A DNA stretch of 64,000 nucleotides from contig JBAZTR010000002.1 of the NCBI GenBank assembly GCA_041661745.1, forward strand, positions 68,368 through 132,367, read 5' to 3'. Below the pieces are notes generated by a model. The model saw only the letters and a list, made by a program, of their open reading frames with translations, made no database searches and was not told the origin of the DNA. The position numbers and the translations under genes were made by a program. This DNA is from Patescibacteria group bacterium. GTDB lineage: Bacteria > Patescibacteriota > Patescibacteriia > UBA9934 > GWF2-40-263. Shown here piece by piece: positions 42,361-52,020 of this stretch; positions within the stretch are counted from its first letter, which is position 1, and every line of letters begins with the position of its first letter.

Positions 42361-43395
42361 CTAAGCGAGACGGAGATTAGGATCAGCCTCAAACTTAAGA
42401 GGATCGATAAATTCTTTTCGCTCGGCACGCCACGCTCCAGCCGCGGCAATCATGGCCGCGTTGTCGCCAGTAAATTCAAGTGATGGAAAAAATACCGGCA
42501 AGGGCGACAATTTATTTTTCATTTCTTCGCGAAGTAACAAATTAGCCGAAACACCGCCAGAAACGATAACTGATTTAGCATTGGTCTTTGCAACAGCTTT
42601 AATTGTTTTTTCAACCAAAACATCGACCACAGCTTGCTCAAAGGAGGCACAGACGTCTTCGATTCCCCCTCCCACATTGGGGGAGGGGTTAGGGGAGAGG
42701 GATTCGGGATGAGTCTTAAGATAAACCGCTACCGCTGTTTTTAATCCGGAAAAACTAAAATCAAAATCTTTGCTGTCTAACATTGGCCGGGGAAAATCTA
42801 TTGCCCCTCTTTTCCCTTCTAACGCATGTTTAGAAATTTGCGGCCCGCCCGGATATGGCAAATCAAGAAGTTTAGCTACTTTGTCGAAAGCTTCACCGGC
42901 TGCATCATCACGTGTGCGCCCCAAAAGTTCATACTCACAAAAATTTTTCATGAGTAAAAGTTCGGTGTGTCCGCCGGAAACCAATAAACAGACGGCGGGA
43001 AATTCCGGCGGGGTCTCGACCGCAGCAATAAAAGCGCTGGCAATGTGTCCCTCCATATGGTTCACGGCCACCAATGGTTTTTTCCAAGCAAAGGCTAAAG
43101 TTTTAGCTGCTTCAACCCCAATCCTGAGGGCTGGAACCAAGCCCGGGCCAGCCGTAACAGCAATCGCGTCGATATCGGCTCCGTCGTGTGACACACCAGC
43201 CGCTTCAAGCAAGGGAAAAACCACATTAACGTGACAGCGAGCCGCCACCTCGGGTACCACTCCGCCATACTCGGCATGTTTGGCCGCCTGTGAAGCAATC
43301 AAACTTTTCTCAACAACAAAACTCCGGAGGCCATCGCTCGAAACGATGGCGACCGAAGTTTCATCACAACTTGTTTCAAGTCCTAATAAACGCAC
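42361..43395 (-). CDS. tsaD: t6A tRNA threonylcarbamoyltransferase TsaD
   Basis: ETSCDET, GGVVPEVAA, HMEGH, SGGHT, DDAAGEAFDK, DNAAMI. Confidence 0.97.
   Translation of the reverse strand: MRLLGLETSCDETSVAIVSSDGLRSFVVEKSLIASQAAKHAEYGGVVPEVAARCHVNVVFPLLEAAGVSHDGADIDAIAVTAGPGLVPALRIGVEAAKTLAFAWKKPLVAVNHMEGHIASAFIAAVETPPEFPAVCLLVSGGHTELLLMKNFCEYELLGRTRDDAAGEAFDKVAKLLDLPYPGGPQISKHALEGKRGAIDFPRPMLDSKDFDFSFSGLKTAVAVYLKTHPESLSPNPSPNVGGGIEDVCASFEQAVVDVLVEKTIKAVAKTNAKSVIVSGGVSANLLLREEMKNKLSPLPVFFPSLEFTGDNAAMIAAAGAWRAERKEFIDPLKFEADPNLRLA
42665..42702. repeat. Palindromic element variant inside tsaD
   Basis: CCCCTCCC..GGGAGGGG-TTAGGGGAGAGG; translated SLSPNPSPNVGGG. Confidence 0.75.
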
Positions 43396-43400
43396 ATTAA

Positions 43401-44147
43401 CTATTTTTTGGAAAAACCTTCAAAAGCTTTTAGAACTTCCAACGGGACGGCAAAGACAACAGTGTTCGAGGCATCAGAAGAAATGTCGTTAATCGAATTC
43501 AAAGTACGAAGATGTAAGGCACCTGGAGAATCGGAAAGCATTCGAGCGGCTTTGGCCAAATTTTCAGCTGCGGCGACTTCGCCCTCGGCGCTAATAATGA
43601 CAGCGCGACGTTCACGCTCGGCTTCGGCTTGTTTGGCAATGGTACGAATCATTTCTTGTGGCAAATTAATATCTTTCAGTTCGGTCACAGTAACTTCCAC
43701 ACCCCAACCCATAGTGGCTTCGTCCACAAGTTTTTCGATCTTATCAGAAATGACGCCGCGCTGACTCAAAAGTTCGTCGAGAGTCACTTCACCGACAATG
43801 TTACGCATGGTTGTCTGCGCCAACTGAAGAACGGCGTAGTCGACATGTTCAACCTCAAGAATAGCTTTACCGGCATCAACAACTTTATAATAAATAACCG
43901 CGTTGATTTTAGCTGAAACGTTGTCTTTGGTAATCGCGTCCTGTGAAGGAACATCAATCGCTTTTAAACGCATATCGACTTTGCGGATGGATTGAAAAAC
44001 CGGAATGATTGGATACCAGCCCGGGTTAACGATGCCGGAAAACTTACCCATGGTAAATTTAACGCCGCGTTCGTATTGGTTGACCTGTTTTAAACAGGAG
44101 AGGAAAAAGATAACCACGAGGATTATCAGAGGAATGTAGGCTTCCAT
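43401..44147 (-). CDS. SPFH/stomatin (slipin) family protein
   Basis: ITKDNV, AQTTMR, QAEAERERRA, ALHLRTL. Confidence 0.93.
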   Translation of the reverse strand: MEAYIPLIILVVIFFLSCLKQVNQYERGVKFTMGKFSGIVNPGWYPIIPVFQSIRKVDMRLKAIDVPSQDAITKDNVSAKINAVIYYKVVDAGKAILEVEHVDYAVLQLAQTTMRNIVGEVTLDELLSQRGVISDKIEKLVDEATMGWGVEVTVTELKDINLPQEMIRTIAKQAEAERERRAVIISAEGEVAAAENLAKAARMLSDSPGALHLRTLNSINDISSDASNTVVFAVPLEVLKAFEGFSKK

Positions 44148-44166
44148 AAATAATTTCTTTTAATTA

Positions 44167-44631
44167 TTAATCTTCGATTAAAACTTTTTTACTTCGATCT
44201 TTTTTAACTTTTCCGCGCCGTGTTTTTTCATCAAGTTGTCGCCGCCGCACGGCCCGCGGTTTTCTGGTCGGAATACGCGGCACAATTGGCCTTAAAGCAT
44301 CCTCAAGATCGGCCAGAAAATTATCCAATACCATTTCCCGATTTTGCCTTTGTGACCGGGTAACCTGACATGCCATAACCAGTTCGCCTTTTTTATTAAT
44401 CATGCCGGCTAAGGCGCTTTTTATTCTGGTCTTTTCTTCAGGTGAAAAAACTAACGAGGTTTCAACATTCCAACGAAGATGCACCTTGGTATCGCTAGTA
44501 TTAACCCCTTGGCCGCCAGGTCCCCCGGAACGAGCGAAATCGAATTGTAATTCGGCCCTAAGAGCTGTTTCGTCAAAAAATCTCGCCTCACCATCAATTA
44601 CGGCCGGATTATGCCCAAATTCCTTTGGCAT
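44167..44631 (-). CDS. arfB: Alternative ribosome rescue peptidyl-tRNA hydrolase ArfB
   Basis: RSGGPGGQGVN, RSQRQNR, basic C-terminal tail. Confidence 0.9.
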   Translation of the reverse strand: MPKEFGHNPAVIDGEARFFDETALRAELQFDFARSGGPGGQGVNTSDTKVHLRWNVETSLVFSPEEKTRIKSALAGMINKKGELVMACQVTRSQRQNREMVLDNFLADLEDALRPIVPRIPTRKPRAVRRRQLDEKTRRGKVKKDRSKKVLIED

Positions 44632-44746
44632 AAAAATATTAATTATTTCTTTAAAATAATAGCATAACGGCGTGGAACAGCAACCCTTGACCAAAGGGCA
44701 AAAAAAGCGTTAAATAATGGCGGGGACACAGACCGGAGGAAGAACC

Positions 44747-45253
44747 ATGGTACACCATGCCGTGGCTCTGCCTGTTAGCGAGGATGGCCGTGAGGTCCTC
44801 CTCGCGTGTCACACTGAGGGAACCAATTATGGGGCCCTCCTTCCTCCCAGTGGTAAGGTGAAGCCAACGGATCGAAACGCCCAAGCTGCTGCGGTCAGGG
44901 AAACCCGCGAAGAGCTGGGTATCGATCTCGACGATCCACGATGCGTAGGTGTCGTGGAGGTCCTCAAGGAAGACGGCGACTGGCTGAGACTGTTCGTCTT
45001 TGTCTCGCGCTACCGTGGGAAGCCCCGGAAAAGCAACGAGATGAGAGACGCGCGTCTCTTCCCGATCGACGACCTGCCTCTCGAGGACATGTGGCCCGAT
45101 GCTAGTAGCTGGGTGCCTCACGTGATCAACCATGGTCACGACGCCCCGCCACTCGGGTTCAGGCTTCGCCACGTGCGTGGACCAAATGGCCGTCCCGGGT
45201 TCCTTGTCAAAAGGTTCAACCCGGCCGCGTTGGTCAGGAGGTACTGCGCATGA
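44747..45253 (+). CDS. NUDIX hydrolase, MutT/MTH1-like (GC-rich cassette)
   Basis: AAVRETREELG Nudix box, DMWPD; GGAGGA SD. Confidence 0.82.
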   Translation: MVHHAVALPVSEDGREVLLACHTEGTNYGALLPPSGKVKPTDRNAQAAAVRETREELGIDLDDPRCVGVVEVLKEDGDWLRLFVFVSRYRGKPRKSNEMRDARLFPIDDLPLEDMWPDASSWVPHVINHGHDAPPLGFRLRHVRGPNGRPGFLVKRFNPAALVRRYCA

Positions 45254-45413
45254 CCACCTCACCCAACAACCCCTCGGCCGCCAGGCCAAGGACTCACGTC
45301 GATCGTTCGAGCACCCCACTTGCTCATGGTCGGCGTTTTATTTCTCCACGAGAGTGTCTGGCTTATTCCTTGACTCCTTTTCAAAAATCATTTATCATAA
45401 CCGCGCAATTTAT

Positions 45414-45488
45414 GGCCCCATCGTCTAACGGTTAGGACGCGAGCTTTTCAAGCTTGTAATCCGGGTTCGATTCCCGGTGGGGTCACCA
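45414..45488 (+). tRNA. tRNA-Glu(TTC)
   Basis: GGCCCCA acceptor stem, CGAGC-TTTTCAA-GCTTG anticodon arm, CCA; TTGACT-17-TATCAT promoter upstream. Confidence 0.95.
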
Positions 45489-45571
45489 CAAAGGTCATCT
45501 GTAAAAACAGGTGATTTTTGTTTTTAAAAAACCGCCCGCCAAGCGAACCTTGGGGACGGGACGAACGAAGA

Positions 45572-46381
45572 CTACTCCTCCAAGAAACGTCGGTGTTGTT
45601 CGACCATCGCGAGCAACTCGGGGCCGGTGAAGACTGGGCGTTGAATTGTCTGCCAGTCGTTGGTCGAACGTGCAGGGTCCCACGGGCAAATCGAACGCAT
45701 CCAGTCAAGGCGAGTCCGCACATCAGTCGCACCTTCGGGATTGATCCGAGTATAGTGGAGGATATGGCCGTTGTGAATGCGGTCCAGGTTGCGTCGCGAC
45801 CTATCCAAATCGCGGAAGCGCTGCGGCGTCATGCGCTCAATAAGCACACGAACGGCCCACATAACCTCACCATGACAGACGATGATGACCGAGCCGTTGG
45901 ACTGCTCGCGGTGAAGTGAGTCAAAGAAAGCATGCAGACGATCAAGGACATCGGCCAGTGATTCACCGCCACCCGGCCGCCACCACACACCATCACGTTC
46001 CCTACGAGCCAAATTTTCGGCCATCTCGCCAGTGGCCCGCTGTTCAGCCGTGGCCGAACTAAGCCGACCCCAGTCGCGCTCGGACAGCATGGGGTGCAAA
46101 AGCCACTCAGCCCCCGGCATTTCTAGCAACCCGGCCGTTTCGATGGCCCGAGCGTACCAGCTAGTCAGGTAACGAGTGAAGCCTGCGGGAAACTCACGCC
46201 GCAGCCACTCACCGGCGGCCGCAGCTTGATTGCAGCCGCGCGGACTAAGACGCCATTCCTGGGTGTGAACCGCGTCGAGCTTGGCCATGAGTGAGCTATC
46301 GCCTTTTTTTACCAGAGCCTGGGCAACATTCCCCTCGCTCTCTCCGTGACGAACGAGGACAAGATTAAGCGGCATAGTCAT
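45572..46381 (-). CDS. Histidine phosphatase / phosphoglycerate mutase family (GC-rich cassette)
   Basis: VRHGESEGN, RAIETA, ERDWG, PGGGES, VCHG. Confidence 0.9.
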   Translation of the reverse strand: MTMPLNLVLVRHGESEGNVAQALVKKGDSSLMAKLDAVHTQEWRLSPRGCNQAAAAGEWLRREFPAGFTRYLTSWYARAIETAGLLEMPGAEWLLHPMLSERDWGRLSSATAEQRATGEMAENLARRERDGVWWRPGGGESLADVLDRLHAFFDSLHREQSNGSVIIVCHGEVMWAVRVLIERMTPQRFRDLDRSRRNLDRIHNGHILHYTRINPEGATDVRTRLDWMRSICPWDPARSTNDWQTIQRPVFTGPELLAMVEQHRRFLEE

Positions 46382-46496
46382 GGACACATCCCCTTTCATT
46401 GAGCCTTGGAAATCGACCTTAACACCTAATTTTTTAAGCGTCAATTATAAAAAACCGCTTTAATTTTCAAAAAAAATAAGCTATAATTGTTCCGTT

Positions 46497-46907
46497 ATGG
46501 AAAAAGTTGTGCTCTATTTTATCTTTTACGGTTTTGTTGGTTGGCTCATGGACACGGGCTTTCGCACTATTCGTGATAAAAAATTCAGTCAAGGTAGTTT
46601 TCTAAAAATTCCCTTTTGTTCAACCTACGGTTTGGGGGCGTTATTACTTTTGCTTATCCAATCATGGATCATTGAACAAAATATTTTAGTCCAATTTGTT
46701 CTTTTGGCTGTTGTTTTATCGGCTTTTGAATTTATTATCGGTTTTTTGTCATCACACGTCTGGGGGAAACGTTACTGGGATTATTCTAAACAGCCATTTA
46801 ATCTTTTTGGCCACACCGATCTTGAACATGCCATTTATTGGGGCGGCCTGGGGGTACTCTTTATTCATGTTGTTCACCCCATGGTAACCGCCATTTTTAC
46901 TTTTTAA
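46497..46907 (+). CDS. DUF1113/CmpB-like membrane protein
   Basis: YGFVGW, PFCSTYGLG, WDYSKQPFNLFG. Confidence 0.75.
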   Translation: MEKVVLYFIFYGFVGWLMDTGFRTIRDKKFSQGSFLKIPFCSTYGLGALLLLLIQSWIIEQNILVQFVLLAVVLSAFEFIIGFLSSHVWGKRYWDYSKQPFNLFGHTDLEHAIYWGGLGVLFIHVVHPMVTAIFTF

Positions 46908-46953
46908 TGGCTTCTCAGGGTTTCAAAAAAGATATACAATATAAACAACTTAT

Positions 46954-47649
46954 ATGTTTAATCTTCCTTTTCTTTTTATCGCGCTGATACTATTTTTTAT
47001 CTGGGCCCTTTTATTTTTCTTTGGCAAAAACACACGGCGTGAACAAATTATCATGAGTTTGGCCGGCCTGGTTCTGACTCCAGCCGTTCTAATGGTGGCC
47101 TCTAATGATTATCGCGTAACCGGAACCTTGTCCTACGGCCTTATCGGTGTTGAAGATTTAATTTTTGCTTTTTCTTTTACTGGTGTCGCGGCCGTGGTTT
47201 ATGAAATTCTAATTGGCCGACGTTTAGTGCCGGCTCGCCACAAACATTTGTGGGGCAAACATCCCATTAATTGGTTTGCTTCGCTAGTCATTATTCTTGG
47301 CAGCTGGGCCTTGGTATCAATGGCCGCCTTGTGGCTATTTCCGGTTAATTCAGTCTACGCTTTAATGGTCGGTGGTTTGTTGGTTTTAACCTACATCATT
47401 ACCGATCGTCACGATTTAATTTTTGACGCCTTATTCTCTGGGTTATTCATGGCCATCTTAGTCTTTGGTTTGGAACAGTTATTTTTTGTTCAACTTTTTC
47501 CAACCGAAGCGGCCGCTATTTGGCAAGTCGATCGCCTTTCCGGTTTTCTCCCCGGTGGCGTTCCGGTTGAAGAAATAATTTGGGTTTTAATCGTTGGTAT
47601 GGCCATTGGCCCGGTTTATGAATTTGTCCGACACTATCGCGTTAAATAA
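46954..47649 (+). CDS. Lycopene cyclase domain-like membrane protein
   Basis: Two internal repeats with GVEDLIF and GVPVEEIIW; multi-TM. Confidence 0.65.
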   Translation: MFNLPFLFIALILFFIWALLFFFGKNTRREQIIMSLAGLVLTPAVLMVASNDYRVTGTLSYGLIGVEDLIFAFSFTGVAAVVYEILIGRRLVPARHKHLWGKHPINWFASLVIILGSWALVSMAALWLFPVNSVYALMVGGLLVLTYIITDRHDLIFDALFSGLFMAILVFGLEQLFFVQLFPTEAAAIWQVDRLSGFLPGGVPVEEIIWVLIVGMAIGPVYEFVRHYRVK

Positions 47650-47650
47650 T

Positions 47651-48028
47651 ATGTCTGAATTTCAGACCATGGCAAAAGAGGAAACCTGGCTCCCCGAACA
47701 CGAGGGCCAACTTTCAATTGATGTCTTGGAAGATGATCAAAATATTTATATTCGCTCAGCCGTGGCCGGTGTTAATGCTGATGATTTGGATGTCACTATT
47801 ACTCATGATACTGTAACCATCCGTGGCCAGCGTCACCACAACTGCGAACATTGGGTTGAAGCCACAACTCATTTAGAGGAATGTTTTTGGGGCAGTTTTT
47901 CCCGTTCGATTGTTTTGCCAAGTCATGTCCGACCAGAGGCCGCCGACGCGGTTATGAAAAACGGCATTCTAACCATTACAATTCCTAAAACCGAATCAGC
48001 TAAAAACCTCGATGTTGTAGAGTGGTAA
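47651..48028 (+). CDS. Hsp20/alpha-crystallin small heat-shock protein
   Basis: IDVLE, TIRGQR, WGSFSRSIVLP, NGILTITIPK. Confidence 0.93.
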   Translation: MSEFQTMAKEETWLPEHEGQLSIDVLEDDQNIYIRSAVAGVNADDLDVTITHDTVTIRGQRHHNCEHWVEATTHLEECFWGSFSRSIVLPSHVRPEAADAVMKNGILTITIPKTESAKNLDVVEW

Positions 48029-48034
48029 AATCAT

Positions 48035-49975
48035 ATGCACCTGCCATTATTCCTAAACGACGAATCAGCGCCTTCCGAAGAAAATAAGAAGGCGTTTTCT
48101 AAACCGCTTAAAATCGGTTTGATTATCGGTGTGGCCGTTATCCTTATCGGCTATGCCGGAACTTTTGCCTGGGCCAAATCTTATGAAAACCGCCTGGCCC
48201 CACGCACAAGCATTGATTCAATAAAGCTTAGTGGTGACAATCCTGACCAAGCCAAACAAAAAATCAACACCCGGGTTGATGAAATACTTTTAAACGGTCT
48301 TCAATTATCCGTCGACGGACAATTGCGAACAGTCCCGCTCTCCCCAACAGCCGCCGAAACCGGCGAATATATTATTTTTGATGTAAACCAGGCAATTGAA
48401 GACGCTCTTTCCAAGCAACGTGGAAACATCTCAGTATTTCAACCTTTTGTTTTCTTATATACCATTATTCGCGGAAACGAAATTAAACTTCCGGTATCAA
48501 TAAACGAAGAGGGTTTGCGCGCGGCAATCCTTAATACTTTTCCCGACAGTATCCAGGAACCGCTCAACGCTGGTTTTTCTTTCAAACAAAATGGTGAGGA
48601 ATGGACCGTTGAAGTTACACCATCAGCCAAAGGTTTTACCATTCCGACAGCTGAATTGTTTTACAAACTCAGAGTTCTTCTTGCCGAACTCGATCCACAA
48701 CCGATTGTTTTGACTCGTGCTTACGAAGAACCGACGATTATTGAAACTGACGTGGCTAAACTTTCAGATGCGGCCATGGCCGCGGTTGTCGTCGCTCCCT
48801 ACACCATTACTTATGAAGATCAAACCTGGAAAGTTGATGCCGCAACCTTAACCCCAGCCCTTCAGCCACTACTTAATAAAGACAAGGAATTAATTCTTTC
48901 TGTTTCAGCCGACGGGCTCAAACCATTGTTTGACGAAATTGCCATCAAGGTAGAAAAACCGGCCGTTGACGCGCGGATAGCTATGGAAAACGAACGGATC
49001 ACCGATTTTCAAGGCAGCTCTAACGGTGTAGCCATTGATCGTGAGGCCACAGCCGCCGCCTTATCAGACATTATTCAAACCCTTCCAAAAATTACCGAGG
49101 TCACAGAAATAAATAAAAACGCCGAACTGGTGGTTGTAATAACTGAACCGACAGTAAAGATGGAAAGCATTAATAACTTTGGAATTAAAGAAGTTTTGGG
49201 CGTCGGCACTTCCAACTACAAAGGTAGCCCGACCAATCGTATCAAAAACATCCGCAATGGGGTGCGACTTCTTAATGGGATTCTGATTAAACCAGGCGAA
49301 GAATTTTCCCTACTTAAAGCCTTGAGTCCTTTTAATACCACCAATGGATATTTGGCCGAGTTGGTAATTAAAGGTGACAAAATCGAACCAGAAGTCGGCG
49401 GTGGCTTATGCCAAATTGGCACCACTACTTTCCGTGCTGCCATGAACTCAGGTTTGCCTGTTACCGAACGTCGTAACCATTCTTTGGTAGTCAGTTATTA
49501 CAATGATCCAACCAACAATAAACCAGGCACTGATGCCACCATTTACGAGCCGGCCCCTGATTTAAAGTTTATAAACGACACCGGTAACTACATTATCTTC
49601 CAAGCGGAAATGGACGAAGTTAATTACGATTTATATTTCAGTTTTTGGGGAACTTCTGATGGCCGAAAAGGCTCGTACACTCCCCCAACGCTAATTCGCT
49701 GGATCGGTGTTGGTGAAGATCAAAGAACAGAGACCTTAGATCTTGCCCCAGGGGTTGAACAATGCCAACACGCCTATGTTGGAGCTGACACCACCTTTAC
49801 TTACACTATAGAACGGGCCGATGGAACGAAAGAGGAAACGGTTTTCGATTCCCATTATCGTCCTTTACCAAAAATCTGTTTAGTCGGCGTTGAAGAACTA
49901 ACACCAACCCCCGAGGAAACAACTGATGAAACCACGATTCCGACCGAAGAACCGGTTGTGCCTCTCGCCGAATAA
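48035..49975 (+). CDS. VanW family protein with peptidoglycan-binding region
   Basis: N-terminal TM; PGEEFS, GGGLCQIGTT, ERRNHS, GTDATIY, DLKFIND. Confidence 0.9.
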   Translation: MHLPLFLNDESAPSEENKKAFSKPLKIGLIIGVAVILIGYAGTFAWAKSYENRLAPRTSIDSIKLSGDNPDQAKQKINTRVDEILLNGLQLSVDGQLRTVPLSPTAAETGEYIIFDVNQAIEDALSKQRGNISVFQPFVFLYTIIRGNEIKLPVSINEEGLRAAILNTFPDSIQEPLNAGFSFKQNGEEWTVEVTPSAKGFTIPTAELFYKLRVLLAELDPQPIVLTRAYEEPTIIETDVAKLSDAAMAAVVVAPYTITYEDQTWKVDAATLTPALQPLLNKDKELILSVSADGLKPLFDEIAIKVEKPAVDARIAMENERITDFQGSSNGVAIDREATAAALSDIIQTLPKITEVTEINKNAELVVVITEPTVKMESINNFGIKEVLGVGTSNYKGSPTNRIKNIRNGVRLLNGILIKPGEEFSLLKALSPFNTTNGYLAELVIKGDKIEPEVGGGLCQIGTTTFRAAMNSGLPVTERRNHSLVVSYYNDPTNNKPGTDATIYEPAPDLKFINDTGNYIIFQAEMDEVNYDLYFSFWGTSDGRKGSYTPPTLIRWIGVGEDQRTETLDLAPGVEQCQHAYVGADTTFTYTIERADGTKEETVFDSHYRPLPKICLVGVEELTPTPEETTDETTIPTEEPVVPLAE

Positions 49976-50074
49976 TTTTATCCACAAATTTGTATTGTAA
50001 AAAACCACCAACAAGGTAATATCAAATCAACCCATTGGTGGATGCCCGTGCATTCGTCTCCGGGTCTCAAACCA

Positions 50075-50266
50075 AAAGAAAAAAAAGAATCCTCCTTCGC
50101 TCTTCGAGCTTCGGGGGACAAGAAAACCGTTGCCGTGAAGAAACTGCAGGCAAGAAATTTCGAACGAGGATTGAACGAGTCGAAACCCGGTCATCCGAGA
50201 CCGAAATCCCATGCTTGTCGTGCCTGCAGGTTCCTTACGACAACGGCTTTTCTATTTGGAACGTGA
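50075..50266 (-). ncRNA. Candidate orphan rod-shaped ncRNA
   Basis: TTGACA-17-TATCAT promoter (50301-50273); long hairpin 50253-50121 with UUCG loop; hairpin plus U-tract 3' end. Confidence 0.5.
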
Positions 50267-50358
50267 CCGGACATGATAACCTATTCCAAGGAGACTGTCA
50301 ATACTTAAAACTCAGAAAATAAAAAATAAGGCTAAAACCCCTTATTTTTTATATTTTT

Positions 50359-50943
50359 TTACTCTTTATTAAAAACCTTGTCGACCAGACCGTATTTTTT
50401 GGCTTCATCGGCACTCATAAAATTATCACGTTCGGTGTCTGCTTCGATTGTTTTAAGCAACTGCCCGGTATGAGTAGCCAAAATCTGATTTAAACGATCT
50501 TTGGTCTTTAAAATTCGCTCGGCATGAATCTTAATATCCGTAGCTTGACCCTGAAATCCACCCAAAACTTGGTGAATCATAACTTCAGAATTAGGTAAAA
50601 CAAAACGTTTACCCTTGGCTCCGGCCGCAAGCAAAACCGCGGCCATGGAAGCGGCCATACCAATGCAGGTCGTGGAAACGTCGGGCTTTACGTATTGCAT
50701 GGCATCGTAAATTGCTAAACCGGCGGAAACCGAACCGCCTGGAGAATTGATATACAACTTAATATCCTTGGTTTTATCCTGACTCTCAAGAAACAAAAGT
50801 TGCGCAATAATTGTGTTAGCCGAAACATCATCAATCTCGGAACCGAGAAAAATAATACGATCCTTAAGCAGGCGTGAATAAATGTCGTAAGCGCGTTCAC
50901 CGTTGCTGGTTTTTTCGATAACCGTAGGGATTAGGAAAGACAT
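50359..50943 (-). CDS. clpP: ATP-dependent Clp protease proteolytic subunit
   Basis: [24 protein letters not shown]. Confidence 0.98.
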   Translation of the reverse strand: MSFLIPTVIEKTSNGERAYDIYSRLLKDRIIFLGSEIDDVSANTIIAQLLFLESQDKTKDIKLYINSPGGSVSAGLAIYDAMQYVKPDVSTTCIGMAASMAAVLLAAGAKGKRFVLPNSEVMIHQVLGGFQGQATDIKIHAERILKTKDRLNQILATHTGQLLKTIEADTERDNFMSADEAKKYGLVDKVFNKE

Positions 50944-50965
50944 AAAAAAGTAATGTTTAATAATC

Positions 50966-51940
50966 TTATTTTAGCACTTCTTCGATCCTCCAGCAACCAT
51001 CGGGACCACAGACAAGATGAGAATTTTTAATAGTAAAACCGGCCGCTTTGGTGTGTCCACCACCGCCATGAGCCCGAGCGATTGCCGCCACATCCCCGCT
51101 TCTGGTGCGCATACTGGCTTTGACCCCGTTATCTTTAGTTTCGCGGAAAACGCAAATCGTGTCAGCCGCCAAGGCCCAATTCAAATAGTTTGATAAGCCG
51201 TCAATATCCTCTTCGCTTGCCCCGAAAGTCTCCAAATCTTGTCTGGTGATGGCTGTGGCCACGGCCTGAAATTCTTCGTGGTTAAACAGGCGTTCCAAGG
51301 CAATGCCCCACATTCGTAAAGCTGGAATTGAACGATTTTTTAAAAGCAGACGAATTGCCTCACTGCCCCGAGCGCCCAACATAAGCATTTCCGAAGCTCG
51401 CTCCAAAACCAAAGCGCTGGTGGCGTTATTAGAAAAGGCTGTGGTGTCAAAAATCAAACCGGAAAAAAGGCAAGTGGCCATTTCTTTATTTATAGAAATT
51501 TTATTCTCCTTGAAAAAACGAATAATGATTTCACAAGTGGCTGGTGCGGTCGCGTCGACAAAATGTAGGTGGCCAAATTTAGGGTTCGAAGAGTGGTGAT
51601 CAATATTTATGACAAACGGTTTGGGGCCGGACAATTTAGCTACCGTGTCCTCAATAAACTGAGCGTCAGAACAATCGAAAGAAACAACCAAGTCTGGAGA
51701 AAGTTTAGCCAGCTCGGCTGGATCAAAAAAACAAATATTCTGATGCGGTAGAATGCGATATTTTTCCGGTACGGCCTCGGAAATAAAAACCTTAACCGGC
51801 TTTCCTAACTGTAATAAATAATCAGCCATGGCCAAAGATGAACCAAGGGAGTCGCCATCCAACCTTTCGTCCGCGACAAGCAACGGTTGTTTGGCTTGGA
51901 TGAGCTTTTCGTGGATTTGTTCCAAGGTGGAATAGCTCAT
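50966..51940 (-). CDS. DHH/DHHA1 phosphoesterase (NrnA-like)
   Basis: [21 protein letters not shown]; start MSYST at 51940. Confidence 0.9.
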   Translation of the reverse strand: MSYSTLEQIHEKLIQAKQPLLVADERLDGDSLGSSLAMADYLLQLGKPVKVFISEAVPEKYRILPHQNICFFDPAELAKLSPDLVVSFDCSDAQFIEDTVAKLSGPKPFVINIDHHSSNPKFGHLHFVDATAPATCEIIIRFFKENKISINKEMATCLFSGLIFDTTAFSNNATSALVLERASEMLMLGARGSEAIRLLLKNRSIPALRMWGIALERLFNHEEFQAVATAITRQDLETFGASEEDIDGLSNYLNWALAADTICVFRETKDNGVKASMRTRSGDVAAIARAHGGGGHTKAAGFTIKNSHLVCGPDGCWRIEEVLK

Positions 51941-52020
51941 AAGCAAGGAATGAGTATAAAGGAATTTCGGAAAACGGTCAAGATTAAAAAAGCCCGCACG
52001 GATGTGCGAGCGAGGCGGCT

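Noticed and set aside
50121-50253. SRP RNA or tmRNA identity for the rod-shaped element
   Set aside because: No helix-8 GNRA/AGCAG motif and no tRNA-like ends with CCA; kept only as an unclassified candidate.
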